From Lepidodermella squamata (Eukaryota; Animalia; Gastrotricha): 64,000 nt of DNA. Under the pieces are notes generated by a model that was not told the origin of the DNA, did not search any database, and saw nothing but the letters and a program-made list of their open reading frames with translations. Positions 47,529 to 61,020 of the stretch are shown here, piece after piece. The DNA lies in assembly GCA_047495785.1 (NCBI GenBank), contig JBLDXI010000024.1, positions 3,782,001-3,846,000 on the forward strand. Direction: 5' to 3'. Position 1 is the stretch's first letter. Each line of letters begins with the position of its first letter. The translations under genes were made by a program, and so were the position numbers.

Positions 47529-50420
47529 TCACCGCCTGGTCGAAGACTGCTGCGGTTTCTTGCCGCCGCCGCCCGCCTGTGCCGCTTGCTGCATCGGCAG
47601 CTGGATCGACGTGATCGGTGCGATGGTCAGCATCGTCAGTGGTGGGTTGTCGCCATTCGACCCGTTCGATGCAACGCCGCCATTGGTTCTGAAACAAATG
47701 CATACAAGAATTATTATGAGGTGACATTTAAAAGGACACGACCGATTCATTCACCAGTTCAACTTCAAAATTGGAGGTAAAATTCAATCATTGAGATAAT
47801 TTGACTAGTCCTATGACCGTGAACAAATGAGAAGTATGGTTTGAAAAAATTTCCACCACACCATGAGAAACGCGTCCACTAGTAAAAGGGGAACCGAGCA
47901 GCTCGAAAATCGAGGTTGTAATAGGGTGTGCTCGTAATTAGGGTATAAGCGGCCTCTAAATCTGAAAAATAATCACTATCAACTAAAATATAGGTGAAAT
48001 TTGCAGCCAAAATTTGCAAAACATGTCGTGCATTTTATATTTTTCATTTAACCTCGCAGGAAAAGTGTCTCGTGTGTAATTCTGCCGATCATTCAAGCAC
48101 AATTAATGCTAGAATCGTTCTTTTCAGTCGCAGCTTGGGCTTGTGAACCCTTTGCCCTACCCTTACTTCATGCATCCCAACTTCCTCGAAGCATTTTCCG
48201 CTTTAGTAGGGGGCCAGTTATCAAGTTATCAATGTGGTCGAACGGCTATGATCGAATAAACTAGCAAAAACAAACCTACAAAACGGTATTTCACCGTATA
48301 TCAGTTGGAGTGAAGACATCGGCTTAAATTGCACGAAGATTTATGAGGTTCAATAACTCAATGTGAAATCAAAATATAAATTCCTTTGAACTATGAGGCG
48401 GATGATCAATCGGAGCAAAAGAAATTAAAGAAATGAGCACAAATCGAATTGGTTCAAATTGAGTCAATTTTCGAAAAAAAAATCAACAGACTATGAAGGA
48501 GAAAGCGCGCCTAATCCTCAATTTATTTTGTTTCAGCGCAAAAAACGGGTAGAAATCCTAAATTATAAACTCACATAGCGATGAAAGCCGTAGTGCTCGT
48601 TGTTTTGCTCCGCCCATTGCTCGTCGGACTCGCGAATTGTATCACTTGAGGCGCCGAATTACTGCCGGCGGGAAGAATTTGCCGAGGAGGCGGCGCCGTT
48701 TTACCAGCTATCAGCCGCACCTGACCCTGGCCCGCATTAGGCGCCAACCGAGGCTGTTTTATTGCACCTGTAGCCGCAAGCAACACGACCTGCTGCGGCG
48801 CAGGAGGCGGAGGCGGTGGAAGAGGAGGCGGCGGCCGTTTCGCCCCAGTTTGATTCGAATTTTTTGGTAAAATAACCGGCAGTGGTTTTGCAGGTTCGTT
48901 AACCGGCAAATTTTGTTGATAATTGATCAACACCCCGTTTTGCTGCTGAGCAGGAGACTTCTTACTCGAGCTGCCCCGCAGAATCGTCGGACGACTCGGC
49001 GGTGGGCCTAAAACGGGTATTTTTGGCGCGATTTTCGGTGACTTTTTCGTCGATTTCGGCAGTTCTTCCACGCTCTCCTCTTCGTAATCGTAAAGATCTA
49101 AGCCATTTTTAACCGGAGCTTGTTTCTTTGCAGAATTGTTATTGTTATTATTGCTATTTCTTTGCCTCTTTTTCGAATTTTCAACATCTGTTTTAATACT
49201 GACTTTTTCGATACTTCCATTTTTGTCAGGTGCTGGCTGAGTTTCCAACGGTTTTTGCCGCTCTTTCCGCAGTTTCATCTGCTGATCGTACAGCCGGCTT
49301 AAAATGTAGCGATCTCGCGAAGAAATGTGATGCAACGACAAAGATCTAGACTTGAGCCCGTTCAAAAATTGCGGGCTCAATTTTTCGAGTTTCGAGCTCA
49401 GACCGCCGGTTTTATTCGCTGCCGCTAGTCCAAATAACTTTTCGATCGAAGATTGTAAATTCAGTTTTCCGTTCAACTCCGGCGTTGTAGGTTTAACCTC
49501 GCAGCTGTTAATACTATCGACAAGGCGAGACAACGCACTCCTCGCGAAATCGAAACGATGATTGGCGAAAATTGAGTAAGCATCGCCAGTTTGAACAAGG
49601 AAATCCGGCACTGAAGTCGATAAACTGATTGGACGAGGCAGTTGAAGTGAATGCCAGTAAGGAATTCGGTCATTTCGAGGTATTAATTCGATCAAATCTT
49701 CCTCAGGTTTTCGACCTGCCGAAATGTAGGGATAAGTCGTTAAATCACAGCTTTCTTCACGCGTTAGCGCTTCTTCTTTTTGTTCTTGATCTTCGTCACA
49801 ACCGTTTGACAACATCGACATCACTAGGCTCATCTCTCGCTCTTCATCTTCGCATAAATCGTCGTCAAACTCTAGTTTTAAAGGAGTTTGAGGTGGTTCC
49901 TGTTGTGATTTCTGGTTTACAGCAGCGGCTTTTGTTGTCGAAGACGAGTTGACGTTATTGTTGTTATTATTATTATGCCCGATAGCGAGATGGCGCTTGA
50001 GTGCATGGGGCCTCAATATTCCACCACACAACTCACACAACACAAAATAAGATTCATCCGTGGTTTGGTAATGCCCGAATATAATCATATCTAAACATGT
50101 AAAATTGTGCTTTTCTGTACCGCAATTCCAAGCAAGCTTACCCTCGGGCTTTAGAAGTATTGAGCATGATCCTGATGGTGCTTTAGCAGAATGGTTTGAA
50201 TTGTCGCTCTCGCCATTGGTCGAAGGCTTCAACTGGTTGTTAAAGCCACCTCCGTTATTTGAGCTTTCTTGATTGACTGAAAAGAAATTGAACTCGAGCC
50301 ATAGACTTCACAGCGCCAACAAAACGTACCTAATAAGCCACTAAGTTTGTCAAGGTGCTGCTTCCAGGCGCTCCATGCCTGACCGGAAAATAATGACGGG
50401 CTGTCAAACCAACCCGCCAT
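47529..50420 (-). CDS. ATXN7: Ataxin-7-like SAGA deubiquitinase-module protein; exons approx 50420-50330, 50278-48577, 47690-47529
   Basis: N-terminal F.GQAWSAW motif and zinc finger IFGHY..DE.YFVLCELCG.ILRPHALKRHL..GH (ATXN7/Sgf73 type); N/Q/P-rich tail. Confidence 0.7.
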
Positions 50421-51122
50421 GTAATTTTATGTAGAAAACTCGGTTTCTTCAAGCAGCATGCACACGAATCGACCCAATCGTACTTATATAGGTTAATAAA
50501 TAACAGTTTACATAAATTCCTAAATGAAATATACAATCTTTTAAGTAAGACAAATGTGATAAGAAAAGGAATAAAACACGAACCAAGTCAAAATTGGCTC
50601 AATACTTTTAGTGGATGTAAACATATCAGAGATACTGAAAAGGGTATGAAACTATCAGCTTAAATCTCTATTCTTAGGGTAAAGATGGAAACATACCGAT
50701 AAACGGACCACTTCTACCAAAACCGCAGAAAATTATTGCGGTTAAGATTATCATAGCTGACTGATGATCATCGGTCGATCATTGACAGATGAGTAGCAAA
50801 GCAAGCTATGACTTATGAGGACAATAAACACCGCTAAGTTGTTAATAGCTAATGCATGGTGTTACCTGCGAGTCATTAGTCTGACATAAAAATTGACCGT
50901 TAGGTGGGGGTGAAACAGTGAGTAGCTAGAATCGAGTGGATAGAAAATGCGATGTTAATAACAGCTTGGTAACAGATTGGATTCCCGGATTTTCCAATTT
51001 CCAATCTAAGTGATAACTAAGCAGTTAAAATCGGAATAAATATATTAATTGCAGTGTAGAAAGAATAACCACAACTTCCAAGTTCCTACTTTGTGCTCTG
51101 AGAGTCTTACAGGCTGCATTCA

Positions 51123-52184
51123 TTACCTTCGTGCTTCGTGCACCAGAGTGCGACGTGTGAACAAGAGACTCGAGCCAAAAATCAAGCCTTCGTTGAAAAC
51201 ACAAAAAATGCGATGTAAAACAATTAGGGCATTCAAACTCCCATTCGACCTGGGCAGTAATTCATAAACTATCACGAATTATTTATTTTTACATTTAACC
51301 GTTAAACCTTCAAAATAAATAATTTTTAAGCGGGAAATTTGAAAAAACCTGGACCACGCGTCTTGGGCGGGCGCAGCTTAACACCGATGTTTCTCTGCTT
51401 CGGTTTTGAGAAGCGCAGGTGGTTCAGTTGTATGGGGTACACACACCCTGCGGTTTCAAGGTTCAAAGGCCCGCTTCTCCCTTACTGACAGCTACACGCA
51501 GAAGTGGCTTTGAATTATTTTTAACTTGATACCCCGGAGTCACCTTCAGCCTTCCGCCAGCGGCGAAGATCCGCGATGTCATAGGTCATAGTAGACAGAA
51601 TCTAAGATTTCGCATCGCATTTATTGCTGCCGGTCGTCATGAGGGTGTTAGAAAAAGCTGAAAGCAAACATGCATGTCAGGTTTTTCACGGGTATTTCTT
51701 ACGAATCGTGTGGCGAGAAATGGATGAAGCGTTAAGGGTAACAGCACACAGCACGAGTCGATAGATTGGAAATGAGGACGGGAGTTCTGTTAAATAGTGA
51801 AAACTACACAAAGGTGAACGTGGAGGCAAGATAAGGATGCAAGTTTGTTATTCAGGATTGCCATGAAAGAAAGAATGTGGCGCTGAAGATGTATATGCTC
51901 ATCCCGAATCCGAGGTAAGAATCCCTACTCACTCATAATTATCTCATATCGCCGCATTTCGACGTAATACAGACTATCTTGATCTATCTGCAGCTAAACT
52001 ACAGCGTGTGAAGGCTATGAACACAGCAAACTGAACGTCCCTGATTCAGCACCATTCTATGACTGCTCACCTCACTAAATATTATCCTCCCACGTTGATG
52101 AATGCGTAGTTTGTCCGATTCTATTTGGCTATGAAACAGTTTCACCCTATCTTTTTCTCTTTGGCGGCCGCAGGGCCTGGACAT
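51123..52184 (-). CDS. Possible small multi-exon gene of unknown function, divergent from HAUS7
   Basis: Short open segments bounded by GT-AG with compatible phases (e.g. ILSTMTYDIADLRRWRKAE-AVSKGRSGPL...PPKTRGP); no recognised domain. Confidence 0.3.
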
Positions 52185-52265
52185 TTTCAAGTATTTTCCA
52201 TTGAAAATACTTCGCTCTCTTGTACCAATTACTAAACATATTTTATTTAGACTTCAGTAAAACTA

Positions 52266-53474
52266 ATGTTATCGGTAACTCGTAACTTCAAAACCAAGCT
52301 TGACGTGAGTTAATCACTTGGAATCACTTGGAAAATCGTTCATCTGTCTATTTTTTTCCAGGTCCTAGGATGTCCTTTCGTAGAGAACTCTAACAATGAA
52401 GAAGTTGTCAAGGAGCTGATGTTTTCACCCGGCGAGCACCGCGTTCGTCTTTTGCAATGGATTTTTGGTAAAATCGACCCCAACATTTACAACCACATTG
52501 ATAGACAGCCGAAATACACTGGATCCGACGACTGGCGATGGAACAGTAAGCTAAAAATAGAAGCTACGAATCGTTTGTATTCTCTTTTTATCAATAGATA
52601 TGTTATCAGCTGGGGTAGCTCTTGGTTTAATTGGTCGCTCTGACCTTGATGTTATTGCTGGAACTGCTTCTGAAGAGAAACAAGCTAGCTTCTACGATAA
52701 ACTTCTAAATATCGCCATTGTGATGGACCGAGTTGAATCAAGAGATCGTCAATCTGGGTAAATTGTGATAATTTTTTAATGTCACTTAACTTGTAGTCAA
52801 TTTTTAGGCAAAATGAGTTGAAGGAACAGTTCGTCCGCGATTCATTGTTTCTCACTCAAACAATTTCATTGAATGCGAAGACAAACGCGTTTCCTCTGAA
52901 CGCCTCCATCTTACCTATGGATCTCAATCGTCTCGTTCAGGAAAATTGGAAAGAAAAGGCGTGGAAACAGGGTGACCGCGTGCCGATCCCGGATCGCAAG
53001 AATCTTAACCAGCAAATCACAGAACTACACGAGAGATATACAAAAGAACGCCAATGTTTCATCGATTTGAAGAAATCGTCAAATTACACGCAAGATTCTC
53101 TGGATGAAACTGCACGAGCCTGCATTCGATCTCGCTATTCGTTGATTCTGAGCAGTTTATCGCAAATTCTCACCGATTTTTCGTACTGTTTCGCAAATGA
53201 TATGGAAGTTTGGTGTTCAAAAAACGTCGATCTAGACGAGCCCAATTCATCGAGTGGCGAATTGGGGCCGCTCATCAAACAAGGCAATCGACTGCTGCAG
53301 GCTTTGGCTTCGCTCGTTCAAGATCTGAAAAATCTTGCTTGTTTACCGGCTGAGTTGCGGAATTGCAGTGAATTGGACGCGATTGATAAACAGCTATCTG
53401 AACTTGATGCGATTAAACGAAATTTTGAGTACAGCAAAATTATTGCCCGTGAGCGAAAAATTCTCGACGAGTGA
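52266..53474 (+). CDS. HAUS7: HAUS augmin-like complex subunit 7; exons approx 52266-52304, 52362-52545, 52598-52757, 52808-53474
   Basis: LGCPFVE..ELMFSPGEHRVRLLQWIF..I.P, then D.DVI.G.AS..KQ.SF.DKLL, matching the HAUS7 N-terminal pattern. Confidence 0.75.
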
Positions 53475-53570
53475 TTTCACCAAAAATGATCTGATTTTAT
53501 TGCACTTGTGTTTGATAATAAACTGTTTGTTTTTCATCTCAAATGTAGAGAGTAAATTTTAGCTGAAATT

Positions 53571-56500
53571 ATGGTGATCAAATCTGCACCTGAAATCGCG
53601 CGGCTGTTCCAGTTGAGCGGTCTTATCATCAAATTGTGAGTGGTTTAAAAACACGGTTTTGCTACAGATAATTGTTTCGATGGATATTAAGAAAAATAAT
53701 TAGAATGGAATTTTTCCGAATGTTGATTCGAATAGGTTGTTTTGAGGCTGAAATTTGCGTTACGTGGTAATATTAAACAAGCTTCACCTAAAAGAGTTAA
53801 TGTTTCAGCGAGTTTAACCGCGTTTCGAACAACTGCGAACACTGAAATTTTTCGAATTGTTTAAATACGGGTCAATTCAAGGACAAATGGGCTGGCTTTG
53901 ACTCGCAATTTTTCAATCATATTTTTCTTTGTGATTTTTAGTGACGCTGCTGAATATTTGTTTGACGTCCTACCGCAACTGGTTCGTCAAACAAAATCCA
54001 GCTCTGAAGACAGTCTCGTTGATTTTATCGAAAATTTAAAACGAAGCCCCTCAGCCACCGCCCTGCCGTTGATCGATCGGCGGCTCTGCGAAGTTGTTTT
54101 CACTGAAAATTACAAAGACAACCCACAGCAGCAACAACAACAACCGCAGCGAAAATCAGCCGTTGGAGCGTCAGTTTCACGGCCGAATAATAGCGACGTG
54201 GGCGTCAGTGATGATTTCATCGTGATTTCAGCCTTCGACTGTCCTCGGTTCAAATTCGACCACGAACGAGGCCGGTACCACCGGCTGCCGAATCGGCCAG
54301 ATCCGTTTCCGGAGGCGACGGCCGATGCGAAAATCGACTTGTACGTTGGCAGGTATCACGTGCTGATGGAGCGGTTGAAACGCAGCGAGGTGTTTGCGCA
54401 AACAGCGAAAAGCACAGGTTGGTAAAGCCCTGTTTCGAGATTGATTTTGGAATATCAATTTAGCAAGCGTATGAATCTATTCGATTTAGGACTGAATTTG
54501 TTTTTTTACGAATTTCAAGGTTAAAGGTAGCAAGAATAAATATTTTTGGAGTTCGGAAAAAATAATAGCCTTGGCTATTATTCGATATACGGTGATAAAA
54601 TACGGTGATGATATTAATCTAATTTACAAAATGACGGATTATTGAAATGAATTCGTGGCCTTGAAGAAACTGTTACTGGAGAATTGTTTGAAATTCAGAG
54701 TCTTCAGAATCTGCCTAAATTTTTTCGAAAATTCCGGAAAATCCGCTTGTGTTGTGAAATTTGTTCTGTTAAAATTCAGACCTTGAAATAATTTTAATTC
54801 TCTTGATTTGAATCAAAGTAGAGCAACTACAAAATGAATTTCCAACCAAAATAATGAATGAATGAATGACCTATGAACTTGAATGAAGGACTTGAAAAGA
54901 AAATTAAAACCGGAAAATAATTAAAGAAAACCTGCTCGAAACTTGATAAATTGGATTCAGTTGGTAAATTTTCATTGCTTATCAGGTGGAAACACGACGG
55001 CTAAATTGTTGGGGGAAGGCGATGACAACGAACAACAGCAGGCTGGTGCGAAGAAGTCGACGAAGCGCTTCGTCCTGACAACAGTCGAGTGCCTGCTCGG
55101 CTCGGCGGTTGATGCGCACAAGCAGCAACAACAGGGCGAGCAACAGGCTGGCGAAAAACTCGTCATCGTATGCTTTGGCCTGCTGACGCGGATGAAAGAC
55201 GGCCAGTGGTACCTGGAAGACCCGACCGGCTTCGTTCGCCTCGATCTCAGCCAAGCCGCGTTTCAGGTAACAAAAAGACCAGTATTATACGTCGCATTGC
55301 GTTCGGAATATAAGCTGCTGTTCTAAATAATAATGCTGCATTTGTAATGAATAATTGAAGCTGGGCAATTTATGAACACCTACCCAAATAGGTGAAAAAT
55401 TCAACATTGTATTTTTTTGCTGAGAAAGTTGGTATTTTCCACACAATTGAAGCTACGGGAAGATATAGATCCATTGTCTAAGATTCATACAAGGCAGAAA
55501 ACCTGAAAAACCCGAAATAATCAGAGTCGGGGCGAAAGAATGAAACATAGTAAAGCTTTTCTTCCTGGCGGATGGTGCGATTCCCGATATTCTTCGTATC
55601 TCCGCATAGCAAAGCTCCCTCAGGGTGCCTCGACGGCGCTTAATAGCAGCTGTTTTCGCCGGTGCCAGGACTATTGACCAATCTTGTATCAGCAGTTTTG
55701 GATCTCCTTTGTAACAGGGAGTGATTAAGTAGCACTAGTATAATATATGAGAGAAATTTTACTGAGGTTCTCGCGAAACATTCGCCCGAAAACCCGCGAA
55801 TCTGATACCGCTCTGGTACCGCTTAGAGCCGACCTGGCCGGAAAAAGTTCCGGAAAACCGTTACAGATCATTCGTCCAATTGTACTGTCAAGCTCGCCGC
55901 GTCAAATCGCACCTCGGAGGCAGGCGGAGGACAAGCAATCCTCTATCGAGAGCAGTAGCCAAATAACATTACCTCACATTTTTTCGGGTCTTCGGCGAGG
56001 TAGTTCTGAGTATGCAGACTGACATTTTCGGGGAACTGTTGCCGGAAGCATGCGTTGACACAAATAAATTTATCCATGTCAACCCAGTGTGATCGAAGGC
56101 AGCCCTAAATTTTGCCTACGAGCGCACATGTACAGAGGAACGAAATAGTCGACGAAATGTTGAAGATTTGATCGTTTCGATTCAACCCAATCGACCCAAT
56201 CGTCCATACCACTTCCGGGATTATTTGTTCGGTTTTTTCTTTTCTGGTCATCGTTGTCCGAAATGTGTGCAAACCATTAAGAAGAGCACAGCTTACTCCG
56301 GCGACATTCGAGCAAAGTCATTATTATACAGACATGTTGCAGGCAAATTTATTATAAATTCGCGATTTTGGATCGAGTGTTTGTTATGAAGTCCTGCATT
56401 GACTTGATGATCGCTTTTGCGGCCACGAAACAGCCGAATAGGAATGAAAACGCAGTGATTAATATGAAGGATAGTCCTACGAGGAAGAGTTGAAATTCTG

Positions 56501-59500
56501 TCATATTAACATCAATTAGGAACGGGTTAGGAGCGCTGGTGGGTGTTGAGTCGAGCTAGGCAAGGGTCGGAACATTGCGTCAGGGTAAATTAAACTTGCG
56601 TATCAAAAAGTCTATAGCAATCACTCTCGATAGGAGCGCTTCGGGTAGAGCATGCCAAAGTTATGAACAGAACGTTATCTATGGCTGGTTATTAGAAATT
56701 TGAGGTTATTAGCGGATTTGAGGATTTTCGGTTTTATACACCTTGTTCCTATTTTTTATTTTTTTAGTCTGGTCTAATTGGCGAGCATTGCTTCGTGCTG
56801 GCGGAGGGTCGGTACGACGATGGCGACCAGGTATTCCGAGTACGAGGCATGGGCCTGCCGCCTCCCGAGCCAGCGCAGACCAGTCGAAATGTAGGCCCAG
56901 CCGGCGAGATGAACATGTTCGGTGGCCCACCGCATCAAACCACATCCGTGACGACGTCGAGCCTGCTGGCGGAGCGGGTGCGGCGCCACCCCGACGACAT
57001 GGCTGTCATTGTTGCCGATGTTTGGCTCGACATTCCAGCTGTTATCGAGAAGCTGCGTCTTCTTTTTGCCGGTAAGAATAAACTTTAATTCCAGACTGGT
57101 TAGGCAAACCTAAATAGCGCAGTTAGATTTGAACATCTGATCCTACCAGTTACTAATTACTCGAGTGTTTTTGACGCAAATGTTTTACTGAGAGGAATCT
57201 ACCAGAAATCGGAGTGTTTGAGAGTGTACGGTCAACGCCCTTGACCATATTTTCAGGTAGAAGAGAGACCGCAAGTTTCATTGAGGAGTACGGTATCCTC
57301 GATTTCTTCAGATGTGAAACAGATGGCGAACAAATCGCGAAGGGGGTCCAGCGATTTCTTTCGATTGCAATGACAGGCCATGCCGGTTCGGCTGTCAGGC
57401 AGCTGAAATGAAGCGAACCTCAACGACGGTAATTTTCTTCACCTTCACACCCGATGGAAAACTTAGTCAACAATCATTCCGAATAGAATTGAATAAATCA
57501 ACGTGCGTAGGCTCACTGACCGCCGGAATAATCAGATCAATTACAAACGTTTTTGTCGTCCCATTCCAACATTTGACTTAATTCGGGTTGGCTAAAAATG
57601 CCATGCCACCAATGCGTAACTGTGACTCGTAATACATAATGTGGGACGCGAGAAAAACTTCGTTATTGAATCGCAGAAGGAAGTAGATCTTCTTTTGTTG
57701 GCCAACCAACTTTTCACGTAGCCTAGTGGCTCAATCTTGGGATATCTTGAGAAGTTGCTCTTTTCTGGGTCAAGTGAGGCTGAGTCCATTTTGCAGAGAA
57801 AGATAGGTGCATTCGCGCAGGGAGTCATGTATCAGACAAAGTTGGCTCAGCATTTTGAAATCGGTCAAGCTCGTGAGCAAAGAAAGCATCCTTTACGTTA
57901 AATTGCCCTCGTTGCGCTAATTGCACCAGCAACGTTCGCGCTGACCGGAAAAACTGCTCAACAGCATAACTTTCTGTCACCACCGCGAAGTCGTCAGCAA
58001 AGAAATTTAGCTTTTTTCTTTCTCGGACTTCTTTTTCGATTTGAACTATCTATTATCTGTTGAGGGTGAACATAGATGGCTGGTAATTTGTTCAAAGGAG
58101 AAGACAGAGACGAGTAACTTGAAAAGCCCATCTGACTTCGAAATGTGCCGCATTGCCTTTACTTCTACGCCGAGAGTTTCAGCTACCTGCTTGCTCAGTT
58201 CACGCAAAGCTTTCTTCGAACGAGAATAGTAGCTCCTCATGCAGCGATAAGGTTTTACGAACATTTGCCTGACGCGGTCGCCGTCCTCCAAACAAATGGT
58301 ACGTGAGACAGACATAAGATAACAAGATACGATGCAATACAATACGAGGGTACTGCCGACAGACACGACGTCCTCGAGGTGAACACGGCGAGGCCATGTT
58401 TCCGAGAAACGATAAGTGTTACATTCGCGCTCGCCGTGCTCTTATGACCAACTCTGAAAGGAAAACCCGTCGATCAGCGCCTTCGATTCTTCGGGCGCGC
58501 ACCAATCACACGGCCCCATGCGGAAACGGCATCGCCTTATGTTCCAGCCAGACTGCGGCGTGCAGCTAGAGACATATATCGAGCTGGGTCTCAAAGATCG
58601 CCGTCCGAGACGGATTCTTCGCCTTCTAAGACTTGATCGTTTTGGCTTGCTTGAGACGGGACTTGATGGCTGGAACGCCGTGTTTCAAGTGCTGAGTTCC
58701 TCACTCACCGTCAGAAACACACTCATGCCGTAGTTGTAATTGATGCTGATACTGATTTTACTTCGCGTTTCGCTCTGAGTCTGAGCCGGTGCCAGATTTC
58801 CACTCTGTTTTAGGGCTTTTTCAGCTGGGCTCTTCCATCAAGCACCGTTTTTTTCGGAATGATTTCAACCTTAGAAATTTTTTAAGCTATTTTCTAGTTT
58901 TCTGAATTGGTTTGATACAAGCTTTTAATTTCTGTAGGCTATGCGGACTCTCCACCGTCAGCGTTCATATTTTTCGGCAATTTTCTATCGACGCACTACG
59001 GCGAGCGGCAGTCGGCGGTTTTCCGCGAGAAATTCGCCGATTTCTACGCCATGCTGTCCGCCTCCTTCAAGCAACTACTCGCCACGAGTCGGTTCGTTTT
59101 CGTACCTGGCTCAGACGATCCAGGCCTTGCAGACACCCTACCGCGATTTCCACTCCTGAAATGCCTACTACCACCGGCTATGGTAGCATCGCCGAAAGTT
59201 ATTCTTGGTGAGCTGAAGTTTAAAACATTTTAATCCATAAATCCATTTGATGTTCTTTCAGCATCGAACCCGTGTCGACTGGCGTGGTTCAACCGAGAAA
59301 TCGTGCTATTCCGGTCTGACCTGGTGCAAAAACTCGCCCGCCACACCGTCAACTGCGCAACAGTCACCGAGGAGATGCCCCTCTCGAAGCATCTAACAAA
59401 AACCCTGGCCTCGCAGGCCCACCTGTGCCCGCTGCCGGTCTACGTGCAGCCCGTTTCGTGGCCCTACGACCACTCGCTGGCGCTCAACCCGCTGCCGGAC

Positions 59501-59698
59501 GTGTGCATTGTCGCCGATCGGTTTTCGCCGTATGTGGACGCGGCGGCTGCGTGTCGATTCGCGAATTGCGGCTCGTTCGTGCTGAGTAACTACCACTTTC
59601 TGGCGTACTACCCGGCGTCGAACGAACTCGAAGACTGTCAAGTCGTCGATCTCAACCAGACGAATGCGGCCGCTGATTCTAGTGCTATGGTCGGCTGA
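53571..59698 (+). CDS. POLE2: DNA polymerase epsilon subunit 2; exons approx 53571-53635, 53942-54417, 54986-55266, 56768-57071, 58938-59208, 59262-59698
   Basis: F.L.GL...DA..YL N-terminus, VISAFD.PRF.FD, GLLT..K.G.WYLEDPTG.V.LDLS, ADVWLD, FVFVPG.DDPG, SNPCR, SQAHLCPLP..VQPV.W.YDH.L.L.PLPD. Confidence 0.93.
57250..58800 (-). pseudogene. Decayed antisense coding sequence inside a POLE2 intron (unknown, possibly mobile-element derived)
   Basis: One reading frame runs from about 58800 to 57830, broken only by a few scattered stops; less AT-rich than neighbouring introns. Confidence 0.35.
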
Positions 59699-60074
59699 TT
59701 CGAGGCTATTTCACGGCTGGATCAAGTCATCCTCTTAAATTATATCAGGTAATAATTTTTGTAGTCGTGTAACTTAATCAGTATCTCAAGAAAATACAGT
59801 GAACGTTGTATAAACCCGAATCTGGCAAAATGGTCCGGTTGTAGACGAAGTCCGAATTACTTTATACCCAAGTCCGAAGTGGAAAAAAATTGACCCCTTT
59901 TCATACCTAAACTATAGACTCAGACCCTAAAATCAGTCCGGTTTTGATCATAAAATTAATTTATATTGCGGGCGAGGTTGGCGGGTTGCGAGTAGATTCA
60001 CGGCTCTAGCACAAAGTGTCTCTTAACTTCTAGGTTAAGCAGGTTTTATTATTAGTTTTTCGCGGTTTTGCAAA

Positions 60075-61020
60075 TCAAAATAAAAAAATATTAGTCAGCC
60101 AGAGCGTGTGCAGAGGGAAATGTGGGCCATATGTGATGTTATCGTCCTCACGTTTCCAATGGTGGCGTGATGATGGTAGGAGGTTGCTGTTCAGGTTATT
60201 TGGGTGGCACACGCCCTGGGGAGCGCAAGAAAAGCCGTTTAGCAGCATCGTCATCTTGAGGATTAGGGCGGAATCTGTCAATGTACATCGTCATTCGACG
60301 ATCCAGCTCGGGGTCAACGATCACAAATGGGAAATTTCGTTTAGAAGCCTTGACCTTATCCACTCTCATGGTCTTCTTCTTGCCAACATTTTCTTCTCGC
60401 TGTTGGATGATTTCGCTATCGGCTCGAAAACCAGTCGCAACTCTTTCGGGGCAGCAGTAAAGGATGGCTGAAACGTTGTACGATTTGAGTTTATCAACAG
60501 ACCAATTTTGCCATGAGAAATGGCCGATTATGTCGTTAGCTCTTAAATCGTCGAACACGAGTACCGATTTACTAACCAAAGGTTTGCACGTAAATGCAAG
60601 GTCATCTGGGCGTTGTCGCCTCGTTGTTACTTTGCTGACGCCTCTGCAGTAATGAAGCCTGAAATAGGTAATATCATTATGAACAGAAACCATACACTGG
60701 ATCCTCGCTAACTTCCAAAGTTTCATCCCAGTCGTACTCAACGCCAGCTGCGTTTTATCAGGATTGGCCCAAAAATCCGGCTGATTGGCGATGTCTTCTA
60801 TAGCTATATCGTCAGCTAGTTCGGGTATCATCGGCAGCTGGCTGGTTATAGGCTTTGGTTACGCCTTTGCTCGCTTCAAATGGCGAATTGGGGCTGATAG
60901 TATGGGCACCTCCTCGCCAGTTTAGAGGTTGAAGTTATCCTGCACTTCGGTATTGGAAGAAGAGCAGCTTCAGATCGCCTCAGGCACTCCCACCCAAGTC
61001 CTCCAAGTAACCGGGTTTTC
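60075..61020 (-). mobile_element. Decayed tyrosine-recombinase-like ORF (Crypton/YR-element-like)
   Basis: ORF 60196-60831: ILYCCPER (box I-like Arg), MRVDKVKASK (Lys hairpin), VIVDPEL...M..YIDRFRP.....RLFLRSPG; upstream stops and a probable 3' frameshift. Confidence 0.5.

Noticed and set aside
51350-51620. GC-richer stretch considered as RNase P/MRP or another structured ncRNA
   Set aside because: No convincing conserved P4/CR motifs; better explained as short minus-strand exons
55330-56760. Enlarged POLE2 intron with repeat-like sequence
   Set aside because: No terminal repeats, target duplication or coherent ORF could be defined by eye
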